A stretch of 64,000 bases of DNA, from NCBI GenBank assembly GCA_945889645.1, contig CAMDCA010000005.1, positions 7,728 to 71,727 of the forward strand. The letters run 5' to 3'. Shown piece after piece: positions 9,117 through 18,853 of the stretch. Source of the stretch: Rhizobium sp. Q54. GTDB taxonomy: Bacteria; Pseudomonadota; Alphaproteobacteria; UBA2966; CAIVPW01. Every line of letters starts with the position of its first letter. The stretch's first letter is position 1. The notes under the pieces are model-generated. The model was not told where the DNA came from. It was given only the letters and a program-made list of their open reading frames with translations, and searched no databases. The translations under genes and the position numbers were made by a program.

Positions 9117-9749
9117 ATGGAGTCGCCGGTGCCTGCGAACGTAGATGCGCTCCACCGCATGGCAGCGCAGTTGCGCGCCGCGGCCGGGAGCCCGCGCGCC
9201 GCAAACGGTTCTGCGTTGCCGGCGCTTGTCTTGGTAACGGATGAGTCGCGGCTGACCGACCCGGTGGCGGCGTCGCGCCGGTTGCCGGCCGGCGCTGCGG
9301 TGCTGCTGCGTCACTACGATCATCCAGAGCGTGCGGCGATTGCGCGTGCGCTGCGTGATGTCTGCCGCGCGCGTGACCTGGTGTTGTGGGTCGGTGGCGA
9401 CGTCGCCCTAGCCCGGTCGGTCGGGGCAAGCGGCGTGCATCTGCCCGAGCGGATGCTTGCCGGCTGGCAGCGTGGGTCGTGGACCGGAACGGTTACGGCC
9501 GCCGCGCACTCTGCTGCAGCGTTGCGGGCCGCTAAGTCCGCTGGCGCCGACGCAGCGATCTTGTCGCCGGTGTTCATCACTGCGAGTCATCGGGATGCCA
9601 CGCCACTGGGTGTCCCCGGCGCCGCGCGCCTGATCGCGGCGGCGGAATTGCCGGTCTACGTGCTGGGCGGCATCAGCACCGCGAATGCAGCGACCCTGGT
9701 TGGCTGCGGCGCCGCGGGCATCGCCGCCCTCGACGGCCTCGCGGAGTAA
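9117..9749 (+). CDS. Thiamine-phosphate synthase-like (ThiE/TenI family) protein
   Basis: TIM-barrel ThiE-like pattern (LVLVTD ... VHLPE ... ILSPVFIT.S ... YVLGGI). Start uncertain. Confidence 0.55.
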   Translation: MESPVPANVDALHRMAAQLRAAAGSPRAANGSALPALVLVTDESRLTDPVAASRRLPAGAAVLLRHYDHPERAAIARALRDVCRARDLVLWVGGDVALARSVGASGVHLPERMLAGWQRGSWTGTVTAAAHSAAALRAAKSAGADAAILSPVFITASHRDATPLGVPGAARLIAAAELPVYVLGGISTANAATLVGCGAAGIAALDGLAE

Positions 9750-9799
9750 CGCGGCCGCCAACACGGTCCACAAACATATTGGCCGCGGCAACGCGGCCC

Positions 9800-9837
9800 G
9801 AAAAAACATTGAGGGCGGACCTTTCGGTCCGCCCTCA
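9800..9837 (-). terminator. Intrinsic terminator downstream of the porin gene
   Basis: 11-bp perfect stem GAGGGCGGACC/GGUCCGCCCUC with a UUUC loop, followed on the minus strand by AAUGUUUUUUC. Confidence 0.5.
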
Positions 9838-9862
9838 AGCATCCCCCTAAAGCGGGACTATT

Positions 9863-11293
9863 TTAGAACGAGAACTTAGTCTGGACGTTGATGCCGTGGG
9901 CGGTACGCGTCGCTTGCGTGTCGGTGGCGTCAAGCCCGGTGTGGTGGGTGTAGCGGTAGTTCGTGTAGCCGACGCTGAACGCGACGCCCGGGCCGACGGT
10001 CCAATCGTAGACGGCGTCGATCGAACGAACCTTGGACTGGTGGTCCGGATCAACGTTGTTGTCTTTCCAATCCTGCTGGCGGAGGCCAAGGCGAAGCGTC
10101 CTGCCGGAGCCGAGGCCGGTGTAGTTCACACCGACGTCCCAGCGCACGGCCGTATCTTCGCCGGTGCCAGCGGCATTGGCGGCAACAGCGGTGACGGCCG
10201 GAGTGCCGACGTTGCCCGGGGTTGCGGCAACCGCGGCAACCGCGGCAACCGCCGCATCACCCAGCTGTTCCGTCGTCGCCTTCTCGTAGCCCGCGCCGAA
10301 CTCCCATACGCCCATCGTATAGGTCGCGCCAATGCCCCAGACCTTCACGTCTTCGTCCTGGAGAACCGACACTGCGTTGCGGAGGGCCTTGCGGTAGTGG
10401 CCGCCGAGGGTGAGGGCACCGATCTGATAGTCCGCGCCGAGACGCCAACGCGTGTTCGCGCTCACCATGGTCGCAGTGGAATCCTTGTTCTCCGCCGCCG
10501 ACGTGCCGTACGCCAGCGAGAAGCGCAGGCGGTTGCCGCCGACCGATCCGGCCCATGCACCTTGGATGTGCATGTCGTTGTTTGCTTCGCCGACATCGTC
10601 ATTCTGCGTCGTGCCGATGGTGTTTTCCAGCGCTAGATCCGGGGCATACGCTATCATCAGGCGGAACCCGTTCATCGCGGGTGCCTCATAGATGACGCGA
10701 TTGCGGCCGGCGTTGACCGAGACCGTATTCGTGAAGCTGGCGCGGTTGCTCCCGGCGACGGCAAGGGCGTCACCGGCATCGTCGTTCAGCGAGATGCCGG
10801 AGGCGGACGTGTAGGTGCGGGGGGCGCTGATTGCGTAGCCGCCCGGCTCACCGACGCCACCCAAGGTCACCTTGCCGAGGCGGCCGTCGAGGTACATGAA
10901 GTTGTCGTCGATGTAGTCGGCGCAGCTCGCGTTCGAGCGAACCGTGGAGCTGAGCGGAGCGACGAGCGAGCAGAACTTGTTGTTCTTGGGCTCGGTGCCA
11001 CCCGCCTCAAGTTCGATTTCCCAGCCGACCTTGACGCCATTGGACAGCGTCGCGGCGCCGCGGAATTCGAGCTCGGCATCAAATCCGAACGCGAGATTGC
11101 GCGGATTGTCAGTGCCCGTTTCAGTGTTCGTGCCCGGATAGGCCGTCTGATACCACGCGTTGAACGTGGTGAAGCCGCCCAGCGACAGATTGAAATTGGT
11201 CGCCGTCATCGCCGTACGGGCCTGGCCGAGCGCCGGACCGGCAAACATGCCGGCGGCGAGCAGTGCCGTGGTCCCCAAAAGTACTTTCTTCAT
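9863..11293 (-). CDS. Outer-membrane porin (alphaproteobacterial general porin family)
   Basis: Signal peptide MKKVLLGTTALLAAGMFAGPALGQ and beta-strand-rich Gly/Tyr/Thr composition. C-terminal residue is Phe (TKFSF). Strong SD (GAGGAGAC) upstream. Contains an Ala-rich insertion encoded by a 9-bp tandem repeat. Confidence 0.75.
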   Translation of the reverse strand: MKKVLLGTTALLAAGMFAGPALGQARTAMTATNFNLSLGGFTTFNAWYQTAYPGTNTETGTDNPRNLAFGFDAELEFRGAATLSNGVKVGWEIELEAGGTEPKNNKFCSLVAPLSSTVRSNASCADYIDDNFMYLDGRLGKVTLGGVGEPGGYAISAPRTYTSASGISLNDDAGDALAVAGSNRASFTNTVSVNAGRNRVIYEAPAMNGFRLMIAYAPDLALENTIGTTQNDDVGEANNDMHIQGAWAGSVGGNRLRFSLAYGTSAAENKDSTATMVSANTRWRLGADYQIGALTLGGHYRKALRNAVSVLQDEDVKVWGIGATYTMGVWEFGAGYEKATTEQLGDAAVAAVAAVAATPGNVGTPAVTAVAANAAGTGEDTAVRWDVGVNYTGLGSGRTLRLGLRQQDWKDNNVDPDHQSKVRSIDAVYDWTVGPGVAFSVGYTNYRYTHHTGLDATDTQATRTAHGINVQTKFSF

Positions 11294-11602
11294 CCCCGCG
11301 TCTCCTCAGAGTTGTCTGTTACGAACGGAATCCGCTTAGCAGCTATCCTCTCGGCGGAGAATCCGCGAAAGAACTGCAAAATTTCTGACACCCCGGCCGC
11401 CGATGGTCAAGGTTTTGGCGGCAACGGCTGTGTCGAATTTTCCCCAGTGTGACTTGCGAGGCACATGGTTAAGACGAAGGTATGGGGCGGGATTCCGACC
11501 GCACTGGCGCGGGAACGCGCATTTGCGGTTTGGCGCCATGGGGCCGCCCGTCTATACTTCGACCCCACGTTTTTCTTTGCCCGTACCGGCGTTTTTCTTG
11601 CC

Positions 11603-12184
11603 ATGACCCAAGTATTTCAGTCGCGGCCCAGCACAACCTCGTCCAGCCGTTCGGCCCTTTGTGCCCCGAGGGAAGGGCGTTTGGAGGGACGGCGCGGGTT
11701 TCTTGTCGTCGCGACTCTGGCTCTGGCCTTGGCCGGATGCGGGGCGATCGAGCCGGCGCCGCCCGAGCCGGCGCAGCAGACACAAGGCATGTTCGGTCCG
11801 AACGGCATTCCTTTGTTCTCTACTGGGCAGCAGACGGGCCAGCGCACCGGCGGCGAGATCGGCGTCAACGCGTTCCTGTGGCGCGCGACGCTCGACACCA
11901 TCGCCTTCATGCCGCTGGCGTCCGCCGATCCGTTTGGCGGCGTCATCATCACCGACTGGTACGCGCCGCCCACCACCACGGGCGCCGAGCGCTTCAAGCT
12001 CAACGTCCTGATCAAGGACCAGCGGCTGCGCTCGGACGGCGTAAAAGTGACCGTTTTCCGCCAGGAACGAGCTGGCGCCGAGTGGCGCGATGCAGGCACC
12101 AATGCGGCCACCGGCACCGAACTCGAGAACGCCATTCTGACGCGTGCGCGGCAGATGTGGCTGGACGCCGCCGCGGCTCCCTAG
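11603..12184 (+). CDS. DUF3576 domain lipoprotein
   Basis: Lipobox LALALAGCG. Conserved DUF3576 core NAFLWRATLDTIAFMPLASADPFGGVIITDWY. Sits in the usual position upstream of leuS in alphaproteobacteria. Alternative TTG start near 11681; the 11465 ORF start is probably an artefact. Confidence 0.6.
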   Translation: MTQVFQSRPSTTSSSRSALCAPREGRLEGRRGFLVVATLALALAGCGAIEPAPPEPAQQTQGMFGPNGIPLFSTGQQTGQRTGGEIGVNAFLWRATLDTIAFMPLASADPFGGVIITDWYAPPTTTGAERFKLNVLIKDQRLRSDGVKVTVFRQERAGAEWRDAGTNAATGTELENAILTRARQMWLDAAAAP

Positions 12185-12199
12185 CCGCGGGAGCAAGCG

Positions 12200-14779
12200 A
12201 TGGGTCGCTACGAGCCGGCAGCCGCCGAACAGAAATGGCAGGCGGTGTGGACCGAGCGCGGCGCGTTTCTGTGCCGCGACGATAGTCCACGGCCCAAGTA
12301 TTACGTCCTGGAGATGTTTCCCTATCCATCGGGGCGCATCCACATGGGCCACGTCCGCAACTACACGCTGGGCGACGTGGTGGCGCGCTACAAGCGCGCC
12401 AAGGGCTTCAACGTCCTGCACCCGATGGGTTGGGACGCCTTTGGGCTGCCGGCCGAGAATGCCGCCCGCGACAAGGGTGTGCATCCCCGCGATTGGACGC
12501 TGGCCAACATCGCCACGATGCGGGGCGAACTCCAGCGCATGGGGTTGTCGATCGATTGGTCGCGCGAGATTGCGACTTGTCACCCGGGCTACTACCAGCA
12601 TCAGCAGAAGCTGTTCCTCGACTTCCTGAAGGCCGGGCTGGCCTATCGCAAAAAGGCCCGGGTGAACTGGGATCCGATCGATCAGACAGTTCTTGCCAAT
12701 GAGCAGGTGATCGAGGGCAAGGGCTGGCGGTCGGGCGCCCCGGTCGAGAAGCGCGAGCTCGAACAGTGGTTCTTTTCCATCACGCGGTTCGCCGAGGACC
12801 TGCTGCAGTCGTTGGACCGTCTGGAGAGCTGGCCCGAGCGCGTCCGCATCATGCAGCGGAATTGGATCGGCCGGTCGGAAGGGGCCCGGGTCCAATGGGA
12901 GATTGTCGGCCAGAAGGCTCCCCTGGAGGTCTACACCACGCGGCCCGACACGTTGTTTGGGGCGGCCTTCCTTGCGGTTTCCGCCGACCATCCGGTTGCC
13001 GCGGGCGTTGCCGCAAGGGACGCGAACGCTCGCGCGTTTATCGCCGAGTGCCACAGCTTGGGCACCAGCCTGGAGGCAATTGAGGCCGCGGAAAAAAAGG
13101 GCTTCGACACCAAGCTGCGCGCCAAGCACCCGCTCAAGGCTGGCGAAACGGTGCCGGTGTACATCGCCAATTTCGTGCTGATGGAGTACGGCACGGGCGC
13201 CATTTTCGGCTGCCCGGCCCACGACCAGCGCGACTTGGATTTCGCACGCAAGTACGGATTGCCGGTACGCCGCGTGGTGGCTCCTGCGGGCGGCGCCGCC
13301 GACGGCGAGATTGGCGCCGAGGCGGAGACGGGGGATGGCGTCCTGATCAACTCGGATTTCCTCAACGGCCTGACCGTCGCCGCGGCGAAGGTTGAGGTCG
13401 CGCAGCGCCTGGAGCGGGACGGCATCGGCAAGCGCGAGATCAACTACCGGCTGCGCGACTGGGGTGTGTCGCGGCAGCGCTATTGGGGCTGTCCGATTCC
13501 GGTGGTGCACTGCGCCGGCTGCGGCATCGTGCCCGTACCGGAAGCCGAATTGCCGGTGCGCCTGCCGGATGACGCGCGCTTCGACGAGTCCGGCAACCCG
13601 CTGGAGAACCATCCGACCTGGAAGCACACGACGTGCCCGCGCTGCCGCAAGGCCGCGCGCCGCGAGACCGACACCTTGGATACGTTCGTCGATTCGTCGT
13701 GGTACTTCGCCCGCTTCTGCGCACCGCGCGCCAACGTCCCGGTGGACCGCAAGGCGGTCGATACCTGGTTGCCGGTCGATCAGTACATCGGCGGCATCGA
13801 GCATGCCGTGCTGCATCTGCTGTACGCGCGCTTCTTCACCCGCGGCCTGCAGGCGACCGGGCATGTCGGATTGGATGAGCCGTTCTCGGCCCTGTTCACC
13901 CAGGGCATGGTCGGGCACCAGACCTTCAAGGACGACCAGGGCAAATGGATCTATCCGGCCGACGCCGTGGTCGCCGAGGACGGGACCGCGCGGCACAAGG
14001 ACACCGGCCGGCCGGTCACCGTCGGTCGCTCCGAGAAGATGTCGAAGTCGTTGAAGAACGTCGTTGATCCCGGCGCCATCATCGACCGATTCGGGGCCGA
14101 TACGGCGCGGTGGTTCATGCTGTCGGATTCGCCGCCGGAACGCGATCTGGAGTGGACCGACGCCGGCGCCGCCGGCGCGTTCCGGTTCATCCAGCGGCTG
14201 TGGCGCCTGTTCGATGAAAGCGCCGATCAACTGCCGACGCCGCGCACGCCCGCGCCGAAGTCGTTCGGCAGCGACGCAACCGCATTGCGCGCTGTGACGC
14301 ACCGTACGGTGGCCAAGATCAGCGCCGACGTCGAGCGCTTCCGCTTCAACGTGGCGGTGGCGCGGCTTTATGAATTCGTCAACGCGTTGGCGCCGGACAC
14401 CGGTGCCGCCAAGGGTGCGGACTGGCTGTGGGCGCGCCGCGAAGCGCTGGAGGCGCTGGCCCGTCTGATCGCGCCCATGGTGCCTCACCTGGCGGAGGAA
14501 GCTTGGCGGCGCCTGGGGCACGCGACGTTGGTGGTCGATGAGCCGTGGCCGGAGCATGACGAGGCGTTGGCGCGCGAGGACGTGGTCACTATCGGTGTGC
14601 AGGTGAACGGCAAGCTGCGCGGCACCATCGAGGTGTCGGTGGGGATGGCCGAGGCCGCCGTGCGCGCACTGGCGCTGAAGGAAGCTGAGGCGCAGGAGCG
14701 CATTCGCACGGCCCTCGAGGGCAAGCCGATCCGCAAGGTGATTGTGGTGCAGGATCGCATCGTCAACATTGTGGTGTGA
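12200..14779 (+). CDS. leuS: Leucine--tRNA ligase
   Basis: 858 aa with HMGH ([14 protein letters not shown]) and KMSKS motifs and a CP1 editing domain. Confidence 0.95.
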   Translation: MGRYEPAAAEQKWQAVWTERGAFLCRDDSPRPKYYVLEMFPYPSGRIHMGHVRNYTLGDVVARYKRAKGFNVLHPMGWDAFGLPAENAARDKGVHPRDWTLANIATMRGELQRMGLSIDWSREIATCHPGYYQHQQKLFLDFLKAGLAYRKKARVNWDPIDQTVLANEQVIEGKGWRSGAPVEKRELEQWFFSITRFAEDLLQSLDRLESWPERVRIMQRNWIGRSEGARVQWEIVGQKAPLEVYTTRPDTLFGAAFLAVSADHPVAAGVAARDANARAFIAECHSLGTSLEAIEAAEKKGFDTKLRAKHPLKAGETVPVYIANFVLMEYGTGAIFGCPAHDQRDLDFARKYGLPVRRVVAPAGGAADGEIGAEAETGDGVLINSDFLNGLTVAAAKVEVAQRLERDGIGKREINYRLRDWGVSRQRYWGCPIPVVHCAGCGIVPVPEAELPVRLPDDARFDESGNPLENHPTWKHTTCPRCRKAARRETDTLDTFVDSSWYFARFCAPRANVPVDRKAVDTWLPVDQYIGGIEHAVLHLLYARFFTRGLQATGHVGLDEPFSALFTQGMVGHQTFKDDQGKWIYPADAVVAEDGTARHKDTGRPVTVGRSEKMSKSLKNVVDPGAIIDRFGADTARWFMLSDSPPERDLEWTDAGAAGAFRFIQRLWRLFDESADQLPTPRTPAPKSFGSDATALRAVTHRTVAKISADVERFRFNVAVARLYEFVNALAPDTGAAKGADWLWARREALEALARLIAPMVPHLAEEAWRRLGHATLVVDEPWPEHDEALAREDVVTIGVQVNGKLRGTIEVSVGMAEAAVRALALKEAEAQERIRTALEGKPIRKVIVVQDRIVNIVV

Positions 14780-15297
14780 CGTTGCGTTGGGACCGGCGGG
14801 CGCTGCTGGCGGCGATCGGAAGCATCCCGATGTTTTTGACCGCGTGCGGATTTCAACCGCTGTACGGTATCGATCGCCGTGCGGCCGACATCGTCGTCGA
14901 GCTTGGCGACATTCGCATCCCGGAGCTCGAGGACCGGTTGGGGCAGATCGTGCGCAACGAGCTGCTGGACCTGGTCACCCCGTTGGGCGAGCCGAAGCCT
15001 CCGCGCTACGTGCTGCGCGTTGACCTGAAGGAACAGAAGGAAGGTCTCGCGATGGAGCGCGACGCGACGATCACGCGCTTCAATCTGACTTTGACGGCCG
15101 AGTACGAGCTGACTGACGCGGTGACCCGGGCTCGGCTTAGCAATGGGACGGTGCGGGCGACGGCCGCCTACAACGTGGTGCGGTCCGAGTTCGCGAATGT
15201 CATCGCCGGACGCGACGCCGAAGTGCGTGCGGCGCGGGTGGTGGCGGAGGAAATCAAGACGCGCCTGTCGATCTACTTCTCGCGCGCTTCGCGGTGA
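14776..15297 (+). CDS. lptE: LPS-assembly lipoprotein
   Basis: GTG start overlapping the leuS stop (GTGA). Lipobox LTACG. Conserved leuS-lptE-holA order. Confidence 0.75.
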   Translation: MTLRWDRRALLAAIGSIPMFLTACGFQPLYGIDRRAADIVVELGDIRIPELEDRLGQIVRNELLDLVTPLGEPKPPRYVLRVDLKEQKEGLAMERDATITRFNLTLTAEYELTDAVTRARLSNGTVRATAAYNVVRSEFANVIAGRDAEVRAARVVAEEIKTRLSIYFSRASR

Positions 15298-15301
15298 CGC
15301 G

Positions 15302-16345
15302 ATGAAGGTCTCAAGCAGCGCCGCAGACGGGTTCGCGCGCCGGCCGGATCGTTCCTGTGTGCTGGTGTACGGGCCGGACCATGGCCTGGTGCGCGAGCGG
15401 GTGACGGCGCTGGCCCGGGCCGTGCTGGGGAAGGACTTCGGTGATCCGTTCCGCTCGGCCGACTTGCAGGGCACGGCCGTGGCGGCCGACTGCGCGCTTC
15501 TGGTCGACGAGGCAGCCGCGCTGGCGCTGACCGGCGGCCGTCGGGTCGTGCGGGTGAGCAATGCCACCGACGGTTCGGCGGAAGCGTTTGCGACGGTCTT
15601 AAAGGTGCGGGCCGGACGCCCCGCCGGTGAGGAGTCGTTGGTCATCGCTGAGGCCGGTGAGCTGGGGCCCCGGTCGGCACTGCGCCGATTGTTCGAGGAA
15701 TCGGCCGATGCCGCCTCGGTCGCTTGCTACGCCGTCGCCGATGAGGACTTGGTCGGCTTTGCTGAGGCAGCGTTGCGCAAAGCCGGCCATTCGATTGAGC
15801 CGGGGGCGCTGGACTTGTTCGGCAGCGCATCGATTAACGATCGGTCGGTTTTACGCTCCGAACTGGAGAAGGTGAGCTTGTTCGTTGGCCCCGGGGCGGT
15901 TGTGCGCGCCGAAGCGGTTGCCGCAAGTCTGGGCGATTCCCTGGAGAGCGACCTCGACGACGTCGCGCTGGCGGTCGCCACAGGAGATCTGGAACGGCTG
16001 GACGCTGCGATGGCGAAGGCGTTCTCCGCCGGCCAGGGCGGGATCACCGTATTACGAGCGGTCGGTCGGGAGTTAATCAAGCTGTACCCCGCGGTGGCCG
16101 CAGTCGGCGCCGGGGCGAGCGTGGAGGGTGCCGTGGGGCAAATCCGCCCGCTCGTGTTTTTCAAGCATAAGCCGCTGTATCTAAAGGCGACTCGCTCGTG
16201 GCGCACGGACGATGTCGCACGGGCGATCGAGATGATCGCCGAGGCGGAGTTGGTGTGCAAATCGGGCCTTGCGCCAGACGAGCCAATCGTGTGGCGCGCG
16301 TTGTCGCGCGTCGCCCACGCTGCCCGTCGATCGATTCCCGCCTAA
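15302..16345 (+). CDS. holA: DNA polymerase III delta subunit
   Basis: Start MKVSSS 4 nt after lptE. Delta-subunit N-terminal pattern (VLVYGPDHGLVRE). Conserved synteny. Confidence 0.75.
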   Translation: MKVSSSAADGFARRPDRSCVLVYGPDHGLVRERVTALARAVLGKDFGDPFRSADLQGTAVAADCALLVDEAAALALTGGRRVVRVSNATDGSAEAFATVLKVRAGRPAGEESLVIAEAGELGPRSALRRLFEESADAASVACYAVADEDLVGFAEAALRKAGHSIEPGALDLFGSASINDRSVLRSELEKVSLFVGPGAVVRAEAVAASLGDSLESDLDDVALAVATGDLERLDAAMAKAFSAGQGGITVLRAVGRELIKLYPAVAAVGAGASVEGAVGQIRPLVFFKHKPLYLKATRSWRTDDVARAIEMIAEAELVCKSGLAPDEPIVWRALSRVAHAARRSIPA

Positions 16346-17325
16346 AACCGATCGTTCGCTATCGCCGCGAGGGCGGCGGAGACATCTGTGTCGGACCACT
16401 CAGTCGCTTCGTCCGCGGGCCGCATGTCGCTCTCGCCGATCAGCACGCGGGCGAGCCGCTTACAGATTTCATCCAGTTGTTCGAGTGTCTTGTAGCTGAC
16501 GCGCACCTCGCCGCCTTCGTCGCCCTTATGGTGGATTGCGACCGGGAGACCCAGCGCCCGGGCGATATCGTGCTCCAGCGCGAGGGTATCGTTGTCCTTC
16601 TTTGCCGGAGCTTTACGAACAGATGTTCCGCCGGCTTCCGCAACAGCTTGCGCGAGCTTTTCGGTCTGACGAACGTTCAGTCCCTGACTGACCACGCGTT
16701 TGGCGAGGTCGATCGGATCTGACGCGGTCAACAGAGCGCGGGCATGTCCCGCCGACAGCTTGCCCTCGTCAACCATCGCCTTCACGTCATCTGGCAACCC
16801 CAGCAGCCGCAACATATTTGCCAGGTGGCTGCGGCTCTTGCCAAGCGCCTTGGCCAGATGTTCTTGAGTATGCCCGAACTCGTCCATCAGCCGTCGATAG
16901 CCTTCGGCCTCCTCCAGCGCCGTCAGGTTCTGTCGTTGCAGGTTCTCGACCAGCGCCACTTCCAGGGCGTCTGAATCGGAGAGTTCCTTGATGACAACCG
17001 GAACCTGGTGGAGCTGGGCCTGCTGCGCGGCCCGCCACCGGCGTTCGCCCGCGACGATCTCGTACGCTTCGTCGGCGCCCTCGCCGATCCGCCGAACTAG
17101 GATCGGCTGTAGAACGCCGCGTTCCCGGACCGAGGAGACAAGCTCGGCGATTTCGTCGGCGTCGAAACGACGCCGCGGCTGATACTTGCCCGGACGCAAC
17201 CGATCGATCGGAACCTCGCGTTGCGAGCGAACCTTATCGAGGGACGCGTAATCCTTTGCGTCGTCCCCAAGCAGGGACGATAAGCCACGACCCAAACCGT
17301 GACGCTTGCCGCTCTCTTCCGTCAT
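16342..17325 (-). CDS. parB: Chromosome partitioning protein ParB
   Basis: GLGRGLSSL box; ParB/Spo0J HTH and N-terminal domains. Its stop overlaps the holA stop (CTAA on opposite strands). Confidence 0.9.
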   Translation of the reverse strand: MTEESGKRHGLGRGLSSLLGDDAKDYASLDKVRSQREVPIDRLRPGKYQPRRRFDADEIAELVSSVRERGVLQPILVRRIGEGADEAYEIVAGERRWRAAQQAQLHQVPVVIKELSDSDALEVALVENLQRQNLTALEEAEGYRRLMDEFGHTQEHLAKALGKSRSHLANMLRLLGLPDDVKAMVDEGKLSAGHARALLTASDPIDLAKRVVSQGLNVRQTEKLAQAVAEAGGTSVRKAPAKKDNDTLALEHDIARALGLPVAIHHKGDEGGEVRVSYKTLEQLDEICKRLARVLIGESDMRPADEATEWSDTDVSAALAAIANDRF

Positions 17326-17388
17326 GACGCCCTCCTGCATTTGGTTGCCCAAGCCAAACGACGCAGAGCGTCGCTGACTTACCAACTA

Positions 17389-18228
17389 CTAGGCGGCCTG
17401 TAACGACCGTTCGCGCTTGAGGATCTCTCGCGCAAGGTCAATGTAGGCTTGACTACCGGAACACGTATGGTCGTACAGAAGGGCCGGCTTCCCGAAAGAC
17501 GGCGCCTCCGAAATACGAACGTTCCGCGGAATCACCGTGCTATAGACTTTGTCGCCCAAGTGTCCTCGGACGTCGTCCGCAACCTGGCCCGACAGATTGT
17601 TTCGCTTGTCGAACATCGTCAGCACAATCCCTTGAATCTCCAGTTTCGGATTCAAAGAGTTCTTGACACGATCAATCGTACGTAACAGGTGGCTCAGCCC
17701 CTCCAGCGCATAGAACTCGCACTGCAACGGAACGAGGAGCGCATCCGCCGCCACCATCCCATTTAGGGTCAACAGCCCAAGCGAAGGAGGGCAGTCGATC
17801 AAAATGTGATCGTACTGGTTGACGACCGGCGCGAGCGCCTCGCGCAGGCGAAAGGCCCGGCGGTCCATCGCCACTAGGTCGAGCTCCGCGCCAGACAGAT
17901 CGACGGTGGCTGGGACCACCCGCAGTCCCGGGATTTCCGTCTCGACGGTTGCCTGCTCGACGGTAACGGAGCCAAGGATCACTTGGTAGGTGCTGGCATC
18001 TCTCTGGCCGGCCCGGATGCCGAGACCGGTACTGGCGTTGCCCTGTGGGTCTAGGTCCACGAGCAAGACCTTCTGGCCCACGGCCACCAAGGCGGTCGCG
18101 ACGTTGATGGCGGTGGTCGTCTTTCCGACTCCGCCCTTCTGATTGGCAACACAAACGACCCGGGCAGGCCGCGCCGGCTCGAGGTTCTCAGGGTCCGGAC
18201 GTATCGGTTGCTGTTCCACGTGAAACAC
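17389..18228 (-). CDS. parA: Chromosome partitioning ATPase ParA/Soj
   Basis: Deviant Walker A KGGVGKTT. The annotated GTG start lies inside a parS palindrome, so the true start may be further downstream. Confidence 0.9.
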   Translation of the reverse strand: MFHVEQQPIRPDPENLEPARPARVVCVANQKGGVGKTTTAINVATALVAVGQKVLLVDLDPQGNASTGLGIRAGQRDASTYQVILGSVTVEQATVETEIPGLRVVPATVDLSGAELDLVAMDRRAFRLREALAPVVNQYDHILIDCPPSLGLLTLNGMVAADALLVPLQCEFYALEGLSHLLRTIDRVKNSLNPKLEIQGIVLTMFDKRNNLSGQVADDVRGHLGDKVYSTVIPRNVRISEAPSFGKPALLYDHTCSGSQAYIDLAREILKRERSLQAA

Positions 18229-18853
18229 CTTGGATCCGCAGGATCGCGGACGCGGGGTCCGTCCTGCTCGGCAGCACTTCGGAGGTCATTCTCCGCTCCT
18301 TGCCCAACGCGGTCAATCCCATCTGCGCGGATTGGCCGACGGGAAGCAGGTAGGTCGTCTCCGAATCCACCAAGTGCCCGGTCTGCCGCAGCACCTCGTC
18401 CGGCCGAGTCCAAGCTCGAGCGGTGAGGACATCGACAGACCCCCCGAGCGTTTCACGTGAAACATCCTGCACCCGTTTCGGATGAACCGTCACGCCGCCT
18501 AGACCAAGCACCCGAGCTGCCTCGTTCAAGAACGCGCCCTTTCGGACGTCGGATTCGATGAGGTGAACCCGAGGCGCACCCATGGCCGCGAGGATCAGAC
18601 CTGGAAACCCGGCACCGGAACCGACATCCACCCAAACCTTCGCGCCGATGGGTGCGAGCGGAAATAGCTGGGCGCTATCCAGGAAGTGGCGGCGCCAAAG
18701 ATTCCGAAGGGTGTTTGGACCAACAAGATTGATCGCGGCCTGCCACTTCCGCAGCAGCGCTTCGTAAGCCCTCAGACGCTCGACGACATCGGGACCAGCG
18801 CCCGTCGCCCCCGCAAATTCCACAGGAGTAAGGGGCCGAAGTTCGCCGCCCAT
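18188..18853 (-). CDS. rsmG: 16S rRNA (guanine527-N7)-methyltransferase
   Basis: SAM-binding motif VDVGSGAGFPG; GidB family; conserved position between mnmG and parA. Confidence 0.85.
   Translation of the reverse strand: MGGELRPLTPVEFAGATGAGPDVVERLRAYEALLRKWQAAINLVGPNTLRNLWRRHFLDSAQLFPLAPIGAKVWVDVGSGAGFPGLILAAMGAPRVHLIESDVRKGAFLNEAARVLGLGGVTVHPKRVQDVSRETLGGSVDVLTARAWTRPDEVLRQTGHLVDSETTYLLPVGQSAQMGLTALGKERRMTSEVLPSRTDPASAILRIQGVSRGTATDTSGP
18212..18227. promoter_or_regulatory. parS: parS site 1 (TGTTCCACGTGAAACA, 15/16 match to consensus)
   Basis: Matches TGTTTCACGTGAAACA with one mismatch. Overlaps the annotated parA start and the rsmG 3' end. Confidence 0.6.
18449..18464. promoter_or_regulatory. 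parS: parS site 2 (cGTTTCACGTGAAACA, 15/16 match to consensus)
   Basis: Palindromic near-consensus parS inside the rsmG coding region, about 235 bp from site 1. Confidence 0.6.

Noticed and set aside
10195-10265. Possible CRISPR or other repeat array
   Set aside because: Only three 9-bp in-frame units inside a porin gene, with no spacers. The 13-bp duplication at 47058 and the palindromes at 42541 are likewise not CRISPR. No cas genes are present.
11465-11602. 5' extension of the DUF3576 ORF (track start 11465)
   Set aside because: The extension precedes the lipoprotein signal peptide by more than 70 residues and overlaps the porin promoter region. An internal ATG (11603) or TTG (about 11681) start gives a proper lipoprotein.
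11552-14557. 1001-aa reverse-strand ORF antisense to leuS, and similar long antisense ORFs (983..2692-, 3914..5542+, 35593..36363-, 37001..38611+, 43425..44636+, 49489..51156+)
   Set aside because: Arg/Ala/Gly-rich low-complexity translations typical of stop-codon-poor antisense frames in 67% GC DNA. Each lies opposite a well-supported conserved gene.
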